Part shown: piece after piece, positions 51,232 through 62,235 of the stretch
Position numbering within the stretch: position 1 is the stretch's first letter
Layout of the letters: each line of letters starts with the position of its first letter
From: Methylococcales bacterium
Lineage (GTDB): Bacteria > Pseudomonadota > Gammaproteobacteria > Methylococcales > Methylomonadaceae
Assembly (NCBI GenBank): GCA_030949405.1
Contig: JAUZSN010000002.1
Span: forward strand, 1,720,553-1,784,552
Length of the DNA: 64,000 nt
Reading direction: 5' to 3'
The notes under the pieces: model-generated
Told to the model about the DNA's origin: nothing
The model's input: only the letters and a program-made list of their open reading frames with translations
Database searches by the model: none
Position numbers and translations under genes: made by a program

Positions 51232-52409
51232 TGGCTGAAAAAAGACAACGTAATACGACGGCCTCTCCTACTTATGTTGATTGGTTTTTATTTACGGTTA
51301 CGCTTTCATTAATTGGAATCGGCTATGTGATGATGGTTTCATCCTCTTTACATTTGGGGGTGAAATTAACAGGGGATAGTTTTTATTACCCGATGAGGCA
51401 GTTGACCCATATTATTATTTCTTTTATTGTCATGTCGGTTGTTGTTTTTATTCCGATGAAAGTTTGGGAAAAATACGGCTCGGTTTTATTTATTTTTGGC
51501 TTGTTTTTACTGGTCTTAGTTCTGGTGCCAGGTTTAGGTGTTAAAGTCAACGGCAGTAGTCGTTGGCTATCCTTAATGGGCGTGAGAATACAAACCTCGG
51601 AGTTAATGAAATTTGCCTCGGTTATTTATGTATCAGGTTATGTTGTTCGTCATCAGGCCGTGGTTGAGACGGATTTTTTTGGTTTATTAAAACCGCTCCT
51701 CTTATTTTTATTGGCTTGTGTTTTATTATTATTAGAGCCAGATTTTGGTTCAGCAGTGGTATTATTAACCATTGCAATGTCCGTTATGTACCTAGGAGGG
51801 GCGCGATTATGGCAATTTGTTATTTTAATTACTGTAATTTCGGTATTGGCAAAAGAATTAATTTATAACTCCGCCTATCGTTTGGCTCGAATAACCAGTT
51901 TTTTAGATCCGTGGGCGGATGCTCAAGACACAGGGTTTCAATTAGTACAAGCTTTGATTGCTTTTGGACGAGGCGAGTATTTTGGTGTCGGTTTAGGGAG
52001 TGGTATTCAGAAAATATTTTATCTTCCCGAGGCGCATACGGATTTTTTATTTTCAGTCTTAGCCGAGGAGCTTGGGCTAACGGGTGTTTTAAGCGTTATC
52101 ATTTTATATACCTTATTAATTTTAAGAGCGTTTATTATTGGCATTAAAGCAGAACAAATGAAATTGCGTTTTTCAGCTTTTGTGGCTTATGGCTTAGGCG
52201 TTTGGTTTGCCTTTCAATCGTTCATTAACATGGGGGTTAATATGGGAATGTTACCCACGAAAGGGCTTACCTTACCTTTTATGTCCTATGGCGGAGGAAG
52301 CATCATTGTCATGTGCGCTGCGATTGGGCTTTTATTTCGAATTCATTACGAAGTAATGAAGCAAGTGAGTCAACAAACCAAGAGAAATAAAAAATGGGAC
52401 GACGAATAG
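51231..52409 (+). CDS. ftsW: Peptidoglycan glycosyltransferase FtsW. The likely start is a GTG at 51231 that overlaps the murD stop.
   Basis: SEDS-family membrane protein. The ORF from 51147 would overlap murD by 85 nt, whereas the GTG at 51231 gives the TAGTG coupling arrangement. Confidence 0.85.
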   Translation: MAEKRQRNTTASPTYVDWFLFTVTLSLIGIGYVMMVSSSLHLGVKLTGDSFYYPMRQLTHIIISFIVMSVVVFIPMKVWEKYGSVLFIFGLFLLVLVLVPGLGVKVNGSSRWLSLMGVRIQTSELMKFASVIYVSGYVVRHQAVVETDFFGLLKPLLLFLLACVLLLLEPDFGSAVVLLTIAMSVMYLGGARLWQFVILITVISVLAKELIYNSAYRLARITSFLDPWADAQDTGFQLVQALIAFGRGEYFGVGLGSGIQKIFYLPEAHTDFLFSVLAEELGLTGVLSVIILYTLLILRAFIIGIKAEQMKLRFSAFVAYGLGVWFAFQSFINMGVNMGMLPTKGLTLPFMSYGGGSIIVMCAAIGLLFRIHYEVMKQVSQQTKRNKKWDDE

Positions 52410-53446
52410 TTATTATGGCAGGGGGGACAGGAGGTCATGTTTTTCCTGCTTTAGCGGTGGCCGAATATTTACGCGCAGAGGGTTGGTCTGTCAGTTGGTT
52501 AGGGACTCAAAAAGGCTTAGAGGCCCGCGTTGTTCCCGCACATCAGATTGAAATTGATTGGTTATCGGTTTCAGGATTGCGTGGAAAAGGACTTATCTTT
52601 AAATTTAAAAGCATTTTATTGTTAATTAAAGCATGCTGGCAGGCATTTACTTGTTTACGTCATCGAAAACCGCATGTGGTGTTAGGGATGGGAGGCTTTG
52701 TTGCAGGCCCAGGGGGATTGATGGCCAAGGTGTTGGGGATTCCTTTGGTTATTCATGAACAAAATCGTGTGGTTGGAACAACCAATAAATTATTATCAAA
52801 AATTGCAACGCGACGGTTAGAAGCATTTCCTGATAGTTTTTCGACTAAAGTAGCGGCTATCTTTACGGGGAACCCATTACGTCAAGATTTTATGAATTTA
52901 AAGCCTAGGCTGATAAAAAAAATGGGTGAGCCGTTAAAATTATTAGTGGTCGGCGGCAGTCAAGGGGCGCAAATTTTAAATGAAATAGTTCCTCAATCGA
53001 CGGCTTTATTAGATAATATCACTGTAACTCACCAAACGGGGCTGGTGATGTTGGAATCGGTTGAATCACGTTATCAGGCGTTGGGCGTTACTGCTGAGGT
53101 TAAAGCCTTTATTGATGATATGCCGACAGCCTATCAATGGGCGGATTTAATGGTTTGTCGGGCAGGTGCGATGACGGTGAGTGAAGTGGCTGCCTGTGGA
53201 TTACCCGCTATTTTTATTCCGTTACCTCAGGCCATTGATGACCATCAAACGGCCAATGCACGCTATTTAGCAGATGAGGGCGCGGCGTTGATTTTAACCC
53301 AAAAACAATTAACTGCGGCAAGTTTGGCGGCAGCAATTACAGAAATTTCTACTAATTTAGAGACGATGGCAAAACGATCAAAAAATAAAGCACGATTAGA
53401 GGCAACGAAAACGGTGGCCACCCTTTGTATTGAGGCAGCGAATTAA
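52394..53446 (+). CDS. murG: UDP-GlcNAc transferase MurG.
   Basis: [15 protein letters not shown] is present. Confidence 0.93.
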   Translation: MGRRIVIMAGGTGGHVFPALAVAEYLRAEGWSVSWLGTQKGLEARVVPAHQIEIDWLSVSGLRGKGLIFKFKSILLLIKACWQAFTCLRHRKPHVVLGMGGFVAGPGGLMAKVLGIPLVIHEQNRVVGTTNKLLSKIATRRLEAFPDSFSTKVAAIFTGNPLRQDFMNLKPRLIKKMGEPLKLLVVGGSQGAQILNEIVPQSTALLDNITVTHQTGLVMLESVESRYQALGVTAEVKAFIDDMPTAYQWADLMVCRAGAMTVSEVAACGLPAIFIPLPQAIDDHQTANARYLADEGAALILTQKQLTAASLAAAITEISTNLETMAKRSKNKARLEATKTVATLCIEAAN

Positions 53447-54882
53447 TGAGTAATGTTGAAACACAAATCCCTACAAAAGCCTTGGGTAACATAGAAAATA
53501 TTCATTTTGTCGGAATCGGCGGCACGGGGATGAGCGGAATTGCAGAAGTGTTATCTAATTTAGGGTATCAAGTGTCAGGGTCTGATATAAAGGAATCAGC
53601 TGCAACGCAACGCTTACAGAAACAAGGGGTTAAAATTTATATCGGTCATCATTCGACTCATATTAAAAATACCGATGTTGTTGTTGTTTCAACGGCGATA
53701 GATCGTAGTAATCCTGAAGTCGATAAAGCCTATCAACAGAGGATTCCAGTGATTCCGCGTGCTGAAATGTTAGCTGAATTGATGCGGTTTCGTTTTGGAA
53801 TCGCGGTGGCAGGAACGCATGGAAAAACAACGACGACGAGTTTAGTGGCCAGTATTTTAGCCGAAGATGATTTAGACCCCACTTTTGTTATTGGAGGGCG
53901 TTTAAATAGTGTAGGAACGAATGCTAAATTAGGCTCAGGAAAATATTTAGTCGCCGAAGCCGATGAAAGTGATGCCTCATTTTTATATTTACAGCCAATG
54001 GTTGCGGTGGTTACAAATATAGATCAAGATCATTTGGAAACCTATGCGGGCAGTTTTGAACGTTTAAAGGAAACGTTTATTGAGTTTTTACACCATTTAC
54101 CTTTTTATGGCATGGCGGTTATGTGTTTAGATGATGCGGGGGTGAAAGAAATCTTACCGAACGTGTCTAAACCTATTATAACTTATGGTGTTGATGAGCA
54201 AGCGGATGTACGTGCTGTAGAGATAAAGCAACAAGGCTTAACGACTTCGTTTAAAGTCCTATTTAGAGAGGATGGTTCTTCTTTGCAGGTCAGTTTAAAC
54301 ATGCCGGGGTGGCATAATATGTTAAATGCTTTGGGGGCGATTGCCATTGCTAGGCATTTAAAAGTAAAGGATAACGCAATTACTCAAAGTCTTTCAACCT
54401 TTAAAGGCATTGACCGACGTTTTCAATTGCAAGGTGATATTGCGATGGGGGAGGGCATTATTACCCTTGTTGATGATTATGGACATCATCCACGCGAAGT
54501 AGCCGCTATGATGGATGCCTTGCGTCAAACATGGCCAACTAGACGGGCGGTGGTGATTTTTCAACCCCATCGATATACGCGAACCCGTGATTTATTTGAA
54601 GATTTTGTTGATGCCTTATCGACAGCGGATGTGTTGATTTTATTAGATATTTATTCAGCGGGGGAAGCGGTGATTATGAGTGCGGATGGTACGACGCTTT
54701 GTCGCGCTATTCGGACGCGTGGGCAAGTGGATCCTGTCTTTGTAAAAAATACCGATGATTTAGTCTCAATTTTAACAGGGATTGTTCAAAAAAATGACGT
54801 TATTTTAACTATGGGTGCAGGCAATGTCGGACAAATTGCAAGTACCTTACCTGATGAATTGGCGAACGCTTTAAACCGATGA
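53446..54882 (+). CDS. murC: UDP-MurNAc--L-Ala ligase MurC.
   Basis: [18 protein letters not shown]...GTHGKTTTT is present. Confidence 0.93.
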   Translation: MSNVETQIPTKALGNIENIHFVGIGGTGMSGIAEVLSNLGYQVSGSDIKESAATQRLQKQGVKIYIGHHSTHIKNTDVVVVSTAIDRSNPEVDKAYQQRIPVIPRAEMLAELMRFRFGIAVAGTHGKTTTTSLVASILAEDDLDPTFVIGGRLNSVGTNAKLGSGKYLVAEADESDASFLYLQPMVAVVTNIDQDHLETYAGSFERLKETFIEFLHHLPFYGMAVMCLDDAGVKEILPNVSKPIITYGVDEQADVRAVEIKQQGLTTSFKVLFREDGSSLQVSLNMPGWHNMLNALGAIAIARHLKVKDNAITQSLSTFKGIDRRFQLQGDIAMGEGIITLVDDYGHHPREVAAMMDALRQTWPTRRAVVIFQPHRYTRTRDLFEDFVDALSTADVLILLDIYSAGEAVIMSADGTTLCRAIRTRGQVDPVFVKNTDDLVSILTGIVQKNDVILTMGAGNVGQIASTLPDELANALNR

Positions 54883-55769
54883 ATGAACGTTTAGAAACAA
54901 CCGGTAAATTATTGTTAAATGAAAAAATGGCTAAATATACGAGTTGGCGTGTGGGTGGAAACGCTGAAAAAATGTATTTTCCTCATGACAAAGACGATTT
55001 AATTAACTTTATTCGTAAATTACCCCAAGATAGCGCGATTTTTTGGTTAGGGCTGGGTAGTAACCTCTTAGTTCGTGATGGTGGAATTTCGGGGGTGGTT
55101 ATTAATACACGGGGCCGTTTAAAAAAAATGTATCTGCTTGATGAGGGGCGTATTTATGTTGAATCGGGGGTTCCTTGTGCGCGTGTTGCTCGTTTTTGTG
55201 TTGATAACGGCTTAATGGGCGCTGAATTCTTAGCAGGCATTCCAGGAACAATGGGCGGAGCCTTAAAAATGAATGCAGGGGCTTTCGGGAGTGAGACTTG
55301 GGAAATCGTTGCACGTACCGAAATGTTAAATCGTGACGGCGTGACCTCTTGGCGAAAAGCTGATGAATTTGAAGTCAGTTATCGAACTGTTAAAAACCTA
55401 AAGGATTCGTGGTTTTTAGCCACAGAATTACAATTGAATCCTGGGGATACTTCAAATAGCTTAGAAAACATTAAAGGTTTTATGGAAAATCGTTCGGCAA
55501 CTCAGCCCATTAATCTACCGAGTTGTGGGTCGGTTTTTAAGAATCCTGAAGGGGATTATGCCGCGAGATTAATTGAAAAAACAGGTTTAAAAGGTTATTG
55601 CATTGGGGGCGCGTGTGTTTCTGAAAAACATGCTAATTTTATTGTTAATATAGAGCACGCGACTGCGGCTAATATTGAAGCCTTAATTGATTATGTTCAA
55701 TGTCAGGTAGAGCTGGAACAGGGGATCCGCTTGCAAACAGAGGTTTGTAAGGTGGGAGTCAGTTTATGA
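54879..55769 (+). CDS. murB: UDP-N-acetylenolpyruvoylglucosamine reductase MurB.
   Basis: FAD-binding PCMH region ([10 protein letters not shown]). Length is 296 aa. Confidence 0.9.
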   Translation: MNERLETTGKLLLNEKMAKYTSWRVGGNAEKMYFPHDKDDLINFIRKLPQDSAIFWLGLGSNLLVRDGGISGVVINTRGRLKKMYLLDEGRIYVESGVPCARVARFCVDNGLMGAEFLAGIPGTMGGALKMNAGAFGSETWEIVARTEMLNRDGVTSWRKADEFEVSYRTVKNLKDSWFLATELQLNPGDTSNSLENIKGFMENRSATQPINLPSCGSVFKNPEGDYAARLIEKTGLKGYCIGGACVSEKHANFIVNIEHATAANIEALIDYVQCQVELEQGIRLQTEVCKVGVSL

Positions 55770-56698
55770 AACCGTTAATGATTGATGATCCTGCTAAATT
55801 TGGTCGTGTTGCGGTCGTAATGGGGGGCTGTTCAGCAGAAAGAGCGGTTTCTATCAAGAGTGGGACGGCGGTATTTAATGCGTTAAAACGTAAAAATGTC
55901 GATGTGGTCGCCATTAATGTAGATGATAATCCTTTTTTGGCATTAGAGGGTCAAAAGATAACACGAGTTTTCAATAGTATTCATGGACGAGGCGGTGAAG
56001 ATGGGATTTTGCAAGCCGCATTAGACGTGATGAAACTACCTTACACGGGAAGTGGGGTGATGGCTTCGGCTTTGACAATGGATAAATTGAAAACCAAATT
56101 ATGTTGGCGGGGCTTAGGTTTACCAACGCCTGAATGGTTTTTATTAAAATCTTTGGATGAGATTGATGCGTGTATTCAAAAATTAGGGTTTCCGATGATG
56201 GTGAAGCCCATCTTAGAAGGATCTAGCCTTGGAATGAATAAAGTAAATACCTCGCAACAATTAGTCGATGCTTTTAAGGAGGCATCTCAATATAAGTGTG
56301 ACGTTTATGCTGAAAGCTGGGTACAAGGTAATGAATATACTGTGGGTGTTTTAAAGGGGGAAGCGTTACCCGTGATTAGACTGGAAACAACGCATGATTT
56401 TTACGATTATCAGGCAAAATATGAGTCGAATACAACGGCTTATCATTGCCCTTGTGGTTTAGATTTTAAACAAGAAAAAAACTTGCAACAATTAGCTTTA
56501 GAGGCTTCTGAGGGTGTGGGTGTCGTGGGATGGGGACGTGTTGATGTTTTTATAGATCAAAATAATACCCCTCAATTAATTGAAGTTAATACGGTTCCTG
56601 GGATGACGGATCATAGTTTAGTCCCGATGGCCGCTAAAAAAGTTGGAATAGATTTTGATGACTTAGTTTGGCGGATTTTAGAAACCAGTTTGAATTAA
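55766..56698 (+). CDS. ddl: D-alanine--D-alanine ligase.
   Basis: ATP-grasp motifs are present (EVNTVPGMT). It sits between murB and ftsQ. Confidence 0.9.
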   Translation: MKPLMIDDPAKFGRVAVVMGGCSAERAVSIKSGTAVFNALKRKNVDVVAINVDDNPFLALEGQKITRVFNSIHGRGGEDGILQAALDVMKLPYTGSGVMASALTMDKLKTKLCWRGLGLPTPEWFLLKSLDEIDACIQKLGFPMMVKPILEGSSLGMNKVNTSQQLVDAFKEASQYKCDVYAESWVQGNEYTVGVLKGEALPVIRLETTHDFYDYQAKYESNTTAYHCPCGLDFKQEKNLQQLALEASEGVGVVGWGRVDVFIDQNNTPQLIEVNTVPGMTDHSLVPMAAKKVGIDFDDLVWRILETSLN

Positions 56699-56718
56699 TT
56701 TTTTTGCTATTTTAATTA

Positions 56719-57417
56719 ATGATGATGAAATACATAAATTTAAAATGGCTAGCGATTAGCGTGTTCATTATCGGGGGAGCTTGGGCGGGTTGGAACGAAT
56801 TAAAGGCGCAAGGAGCTGATTTACTGCCAATTAAATATGTTAGAATAGCAGGAATTTACCAACATATTGTTAAAGATGATATAAAGCAGGCGTTACTTAA
56901 ACAAGTTTTGACGGGTTTTTTAAATGCGGATATGCAGGCCATTCAAATTGAATTATTGGATTTACCCTGGATTGCTCAAGTTAAAGTTAGGCGTATATGG
57001 CCTGATACCATTGAAGTTAAAATATATGAACAATATCCTATTGCCCGTTGGGGAGATATAGGGTTATTAAATGAAGACGGGGATTTATTTATTCCTGATA
57101 ATTTAGCAAAATTTAATAAATTACCTTTACTGAAAGGACCTGAAGGCTTAGAAAAAAAATTAATGCCAATGATGAAACGTTTACAAGGGCTTTTAGCGCA
57201 ACAGTCACTGGTGTTACAGACATTTAATGTCAATGATCGCCGTGCATGGGATTTACGGTTATCGAATGGATTAAAATTAAGATTAGGGCAAAAAAACCCG
57301 CTTAAAAAATTGAATCGCTTCTTGATAACGTTACCTATATTGAAAAAAAATCAAAGAAGAGCCATTGAAAAAGTAGATTTAAGATACTCTAATGGTTATG
57401 CTGTTACATGGAAATAA
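56719..57417 (+). CDS. ftsQ: Cell division protein FtsQ.
   Basis: Bitopic protein with a POTRA domain, in the canonical dcw position. Confidence 0.8.
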   Translation: MMMKYINLKWLAISVFIIGGAWAGWNELKAQGADLLPIKYVRIAGIYQHIVKDDIKQALLKQVLTGFLNADMQAIQIELLDLPWIAQVKVRRIWPDTIEVKIYEQYPIARWGDIGLLNEDGDLFIPDNLAKFNKLPLLKGPEGLEKKLMPMMKRLQGLLAQQSLVLQTFNVNDRRAWDLRLSNGLKLRLGQKNPLKKLNRFLITLPILKKNQRRAIEKVDLRYSNGYAVTWK

Positions 57418-57953
57418 GCTCGCTAGCTGGAATCTAAAATCTATTTATATAGAATAGTCGAAATAAAAATAAATTCAAAAAATAAGGGGGAATAATGTAT
57501 CCTATATTTAATGGTTTCTGCGTTTTTATTTCTATATGTTGATGTTATAACTAAGGAAAATGATAATAATGATTATTTAAAATTGTAATTTGGCTTAAGA
57601 GAAAAAGATAGGTTGAAACATTTTTATAACGTATGGGGTCGCGTTTTTAGTTGATGTTTTAATTAAATTATTGGAAATAGTCGTATTTGTGTAATTATTT
57701 ATAAGTATAAAACCTGATGGTTTATATAATTAACCTAATAAGTGTATTGTGGCGTTTGGGTATTTAATCAGCGGAATGCGTTGATTAAAAATCATTATGA
57801 AATGCATTTATAGTTTCTAAACTATTTCACTGTAGGACACAATTTAAACCCTGATTGATCGTAAAGCAACTAAATTTTAGTGGGCAATAAAAATTGTCTG
57901 AACATCATTAAATATAATTGGCAAATAATCAATACTTAAAATGAGTATGCACA

Positions 57954-59180
57954 ATGGCAAAAAAAACAGAGCGTAGTATTGTTGTAGGATTAGATATAGG
58001 GACATCAAAAGTTGCCGCTATCGTGGGTGAATATGATTATGAAGATGATCTTGAAATTATTGGAATAGGAACCGCTCCCTCGCGTGGGTTAAAAAAAGGC
58101 GTAGTGGTTAACTTAGAGTCAACCGTTCATTCAATACAACGGGCTGTTGAAGAGGCTGAGTTAATGGCAGGCTGCCAAATTCAATCTGTTTTTGCAGGGA
58201 TTGCGGGGAGTCATATTAAAAGTCTTAATTCTCACGGAATTGTTGCTATCCGCGATAAAGAAGTGAGACAGCATGATATAGATCGTGTGATTGATTCGGC
58301 GAGAGCTGTGGCTATTCCAGCCGATCAAAAAATATTACATATCTTGCCTCAAGAGTTTGTAATTGATCAGCAAGATGGAATTAAAGAGCCGATTGGAATG
58401 TCGGGGATTCGTTTAGAGGCGAAAGTTCACATGGTCACAGGCAGTGTGAGTGCGGCTCAAAATATTATAAAATGTATTCGTCGTTGTGGCTTAGATGTCG
58501 ATGATATTGTTTTAGAGCAATTAGCCTCATGTACCTCAGTTTTAACTGAAGATGAAAAAGAATTAGGGGTTTTATTATGTGATATAGGTGGTGGAACAAC
58601 CGATATTGCTATTTTTACGGATGGCGCAATAAAACATACCGCCGTGATTCCTATTGCAGGCGATCAGGTGACCAATGATATTGCCGTTGCTTTACGAACC
58701 CCGACTAAAAATGCGGAACAAATAAAATGTCAATATGCCTGCGCATTGACAGAAATGACAAGTAATGAAGACATTCTTGAAGTGGCTAGTATTGGCGAAA
58801 GATCAGCGCGTGAAATTTCAGTTAGACATTTATCTGAAGTGGTTGAACCCCGTTATGAGGAACTACTCTTGTTGGTACAGGCTGAATTAAGGCGAAGTGG
58901 TTACGAAGATTTAATTACTGCAGGTCTTGTCTTAACAGGGGGAAGTTCAAAAGTAAAAGGACTGACTGAATTAGCCGAATCAATTTTTCATATTCCTGTC
59001 CGTGTTGGAATGCCTCAACATGTTGCGGGGTTAACTGATGTGGTACAAAACCCAATTTACTCAACAGGTGTGGGTTTATTACTTTATGGGCGTGAACATC
59101 ATGGTGGTTTTGATAAAAGAGGCGAGGAGTCTTCTGGATTGTTATCAATGATCAAAAATTGGTTTCAGGGCAACTTTTAA
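57954..59180 (+). CDS. ftsA: Cell division protein FtsA.
   Basis: VVGLDIGTSKV... is the actin-like ATPase motif. Length is 408 aa. Confidence 0.93.
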   Translation: MAKKTERSIVVGLDIGTSKVAAIVGEYDYEDDLEIIGIGTAPSRGLKKGVVVNLESTVHSIQRAVEEAELMAGCQIQSVFAGIAGSHIKSLNSHGIVAIRDKEVRQHDIDRVIDSARAVAIPADQKILHILPQEFVIDQQDGIKEPIGMSGIRLEAKVHMVTGSVSAAQNIIKCIRRCGLDVDDIVLEQLASCTSVLTEDEKELGVLLCDIGGGTTDIAIFTDGAIKHTAVIPIAGDQVTNDIAVALRTPTKNAEQIKCQYACALTEMTSNEDILEVASIGERSAREISVRHLSEVVEPRYEELLLLVQAELRRSGYEDLITAGLVLTGGSSKVKGLTELAESIFHIPVRVGMPQHVAGLTDVVQNPIYSTGVGLLLYGREHHGGFDKRGEESSGLLSMIKNWFQGNF

Positions 59181-59212
59181 AAATTTATAAGGCTTTATTT
59201 AGGGGCGGTAAA

Positions 59213-60376
59213 ATGAAATACGAACTAGTCGATGCAAGCAATGAGAATGCTATCATCAAGGTTATTGGTATTGGAGGCGGTGGGGGTAATGCGGTTAATC
59301 ACATGGTGGATAGTAGTATTGATGGCGTACAGTTTATTTGTGCTAATACCGATGCGCAAGCACTAAGACGTTTAAATGTCGATACGGTGGTACAGATAGG
59401 TATTGAGCTTACAAATGGACTTGGAGCAGGGACTCGCCCCGAAGTAGGTAAAAAAGCCGCCGAAGAGAATTCAGAACGTCTCAAAGAAGTTATTGAAGGC
59501 GCAGATATGGTTTTTTTAACCGCAGGAATGGGCGGCGGCACAGGAACAGGGGCTATTTCAGTCATTGCTCAAATCGCCAAAGAACTCGGAGTTCTAACTG
59601 TTGCTGTCGTAACAAAACCATTTGATTTTGAAGGAAAAAAGAAAATTTTAGTGGCAGAAGAGGGCATTAAAGTATTAGAAGAGCATGTTGATTCTTTAAT
59701 TATTATTCCTAATCAAAAATTATTACCTGTTTTAGGTAATAATCTTTCTTTAGTCAATGCGTTTAAAGCCGCTAATGATGTATTGCTTGATGCCGTACAG
59801 GGGATCACTGAATTAATAACCCATCCAGGACTCATTAACGTTGATTTTGCCGATGTAGAAACGGTGATGACTAATATGGGAACAGCTATCATGGGATCAG
59901 GTTCCGCATCGGGTGAAAATCGTGCGAGAGAAGCGGCAGAAAAAGCGATAGCCTGTCCTTTATTAGAGGATATTAGTCTACAAGGCGCGAAAGGAATTTT
60001 AGTGAATATTACGGCTTCCGACATGGACTTAACTGAATTTAATGAAGTCGGTAATATTATGCACTCATTTGCCTCAGATGATGCGGATATGAAAATTGGA
60101 ACGGCCATTAATTCTGAAATGGGCGATGAAATTAAAGTAACCGTGGTCGCAACGGGGATGGGAAGTGAGGATCGAGTGATGGTAGATCCTGTTAAATTAG
60201 TTCAAAAAGCGGCAGTCGGTGATGTTAGCTACGATGTTTTAGATAGACCGACGATTCTTCGCAATAAGACAACAGAAACCAAAGAAACACGGTTTGGCGC
60301 ACAACCTCAAAAGAACGGTGATATGGATTTGGATTATCTGGATATTCCTGCTTTTTTACGTAGACAAGCCGATTAA
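59213..60376 (+). CDS. ftsZ: Cell division GTPase FtsZ. The start is chosen at MKYELVD, with the ribosome-binding site aggggcgg.
   Basis: The tubulin signature VIGIGGGGGNAVNHM is present. The ORF from 59159 overlaps ftsA. Confidence 0.93.
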   Translation: MKYELVDASNENAIIKVIGIGGGGGNAVNHMVDSSIDGVQFICANTDAQALRRLNVDTVVQIGIELTNGLGAGTRPEVGKKAAEENSERLKEVIEGADMVFLTAGMGGGTGTGAISVIAQIAKELGVLTVAVVTKPFDFEGKKKILVAEEGIKVLEEHVDSLIIIPNQKLLPVLGNNLSLVNAFKAANDVLLDAVQGITELITHPGLINVDFADVETVMTNMGTAIMGSGSASGENRAREAAEKAIACPLLEDISLQGAKGILVNITASDMDLTEFNEVGNIMHSFASDDADMKIGTAINSEMGDEIKVTVVATGMGSEDRVMVDPVKLVQKAAVGDVSYDVLDRPTILRNKTTETKETRFGAQPQKNGDMDLDYLDIPAFLRRQAD

Positions 60377-60411
60377 AACGTATCGTTAGCTGACTTAACA
60401 CATTTATATTT

Positions 60412-61326
60412 ATGATAAAACAACAAACATTAAAAAATACGATTAGAGCCACAGGTGTGGGTTTACATACCGGTGATAAGGTTTATCTGACCTTACACCC
60501 CGCGGAGGTTAATACGGGAATTTGCTTTCGACGAGTAGATTTAACACCGCCTGTGACTATTCAGGCAACCCCTGAGAATGTGGGTGAAACACTGCTGTCA
60601 ACCACCTTAGTGCAAAATGAAATAAAAATATCGACCGTTGAGCATTTGCTATCAGCATTAGCAGGCTTAGGCATTGATAATGCGATTATTGATGTCAGTT
60701 CGGCAGAAGTGCCTATTATGGATGGAAGTGCAGGCCCTTTTGTTTTTTTGATTCAATCAGCGGGAATTACTGAACAAAACGCGCCTAAGAAATATATTCG
60801 TATAAAGCGTATTATTCGAGTCAGTGAGGGGGATAAATGGGCAGAATTTGAACCGCTTGAAAGTTTTAAAGTCTCTTTTACGATTGATTTTGAACACCCA
60901 GCCTTTGCGGATCATTTAAAAATGGCAACCATGGATTTCTCATCAACGACGTTTGTTAAAGAAGTGAGTCGCGCTAGAACCTTTGGTTTTATGAAAGATA
61001 TTGAATTTTTAAGAGAAAATAACTTAGCACTAGGGGGAAGTCTTGATAATGCCATTATTATTGATGATGACAAAGTTTTAAATGAAGGGGGGTTACGTTA
61101 TGCCGATGAATTTGTTAAACATAAAATTTTAGATGCCATTGGTGATTTATATTTATTGGGTCATAGTTTAATTGGACACTTTAAAGGGTATAAATCAGGG
61201 CATACCTTAAATAATAAATTGTTACGGGCTTTATTAGCAAATGAAGATGCTTGGGAAATGGTCACGTTTGAAAATGGAGAAAAAGCCTCTATTTATTTTT
61301 CACAGCCCCCACCCGTTACGGAATAA
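60412..61326 (+). CDS. lpxC: UDP-3-O-acyl-GlcNAc deacetylase LpxC.
   Basis: [24 protein letters not shown]...HTLNN. Length is 304 aa. Confidence 0.93.
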   Translation: MIKQQTLKNTIRATGVGLHTGDKVYLTLHPAEVNTGICFRRVDLTPPVTIQATPENVGETLLSTTLVQNEIKISTVEHLLSALAGLGIDNAIIDVSSAEVPIMDGSAGPFVFLIQSAGITEQNAPKKYIRIKRIIRVSEGDKWAEFEPLESFKVSFTIDFEHPAFADHLKMATMDFSSTTFVKEVSRARTFGFMKDIEFLRENNLALGGSLDNAIIIDDDKVLNEGGLRYADEFVKHKILDAIGDLYLLGHSLIGHFKGYKSGHTLNNKLLRALLANEDAWEMVTFENGEKASIYFSQPPPVTE

Positions 61327-61334
61327 TAAGACGC

Positions 61335-61877
61335 TTATGCGTTAGTTTTAGGGAGTAATTTTTTTAACGTTTGGCTTAAGTTCACTAAAGATTGCTTTAA
61401 TTTTTTATCATGAATGGATTCGCTGCAATAATCTAACAGTTCAATATTACGCTTAGAGGGTGTTTTTTTTAAACTGTGCTGGTTTTTTTTTGGCTTATGA
61501 ATTGATGGAATTAGTTGAATTTTTAGACTACTGATTTGGGTTATTTTGGCATTAACGATCGCCTCTAACATCGCCTGTTGATAAAAGCGTAATTGGGAAG
61601 ACCACGCGGCAGAATCGGTATAAATATGGAGTTTTTTGTTTAAAACCACACAATATAAAAGGTGTTTAGCCATTAAATCGGGTAAGGGTTTTTTGACTAA
61701 CATGAGCAGGTGATTCTGTTGATTTATCTTACGTTGGTAATTGGCTAAAATACGGTTATTGTAAGTCTTTATCGTTTTAAAATGCTCTTTTTTAGGGGCT
61801 ATCATAGATTTTAACGTTATTTTTATTGAAAAATGATTCGGCTTAAAAAACGTTGATGTTTTAAGTTTAAAAGGCAA
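61335..61877 (-). CDS. DUF721/DciA-like protein, a candidate replicative-helicase loader.
   Basis: LHIYTDSAAWSSQLRFYQQAML resembles the DUF721 core. The gene lies downstream of lpxC, as in many non-enteric gammaproteobacteria. Confidence 0.5.
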   Translation of the reverse strand: MPFKLKTSTFFKPNHFSIKITLKSMIAPKKEHFKTIKTYNNRILANYQRKINQQNHLLMLVKKPLPDLMAKHLLYCVVLNKKLHIYTDSAAWSSQLRFYQQAMLEAIVNAKITQISSLKIQLIPSIHKPKKNQHSLKKTPSKRNIELLDYCSESIHDKKLKQSLVNLSQTLKKLLPKTNA

Positions 61878-61973
61878 TATAAACAGGTTAACATCAAATA
61901 AATATAACCCTATCTACTGCTAGTTGAAGACTTATGCTATTATGGGCGGTTTTAAATTAATTGGAGAACTGTG

Positions 61974-62192
61974 ATGGCAAAAGAAGATCAGATAGAAATG
62001 GAAGGTAAAGTAATTGATACCTTACCTAATACCATGTTTCGGGTTGAACTTGAAAATGGACACGTGGTTACCGCACATATTTCTGGAAAAATGCGTAAGC
62101 ATTATATTCGTATTTTAACGGGTGATAAAGTAAAAGTAGAAATGACCCCTTATGATTTATCAAAGGGGCGGATTACTTTTCGTATGCGCTAA
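61974..62192 (+). CDS. infA: Translation initiation factor IF-1.
   Basis: [41 protein letters not shown]... Confidence 0.95.
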   Translation: MAKEDQIEMEGKVIDTLPNTMFRVELENGHVVTAHISGKMRKHYIRILTGDKVKVEMTPYDLSKGRITFRMR

Positions 62193-62235
62193 TCTTATTA
62201 TCCATAGAAGAATAGCGCATTTTATTAGGGATCGT

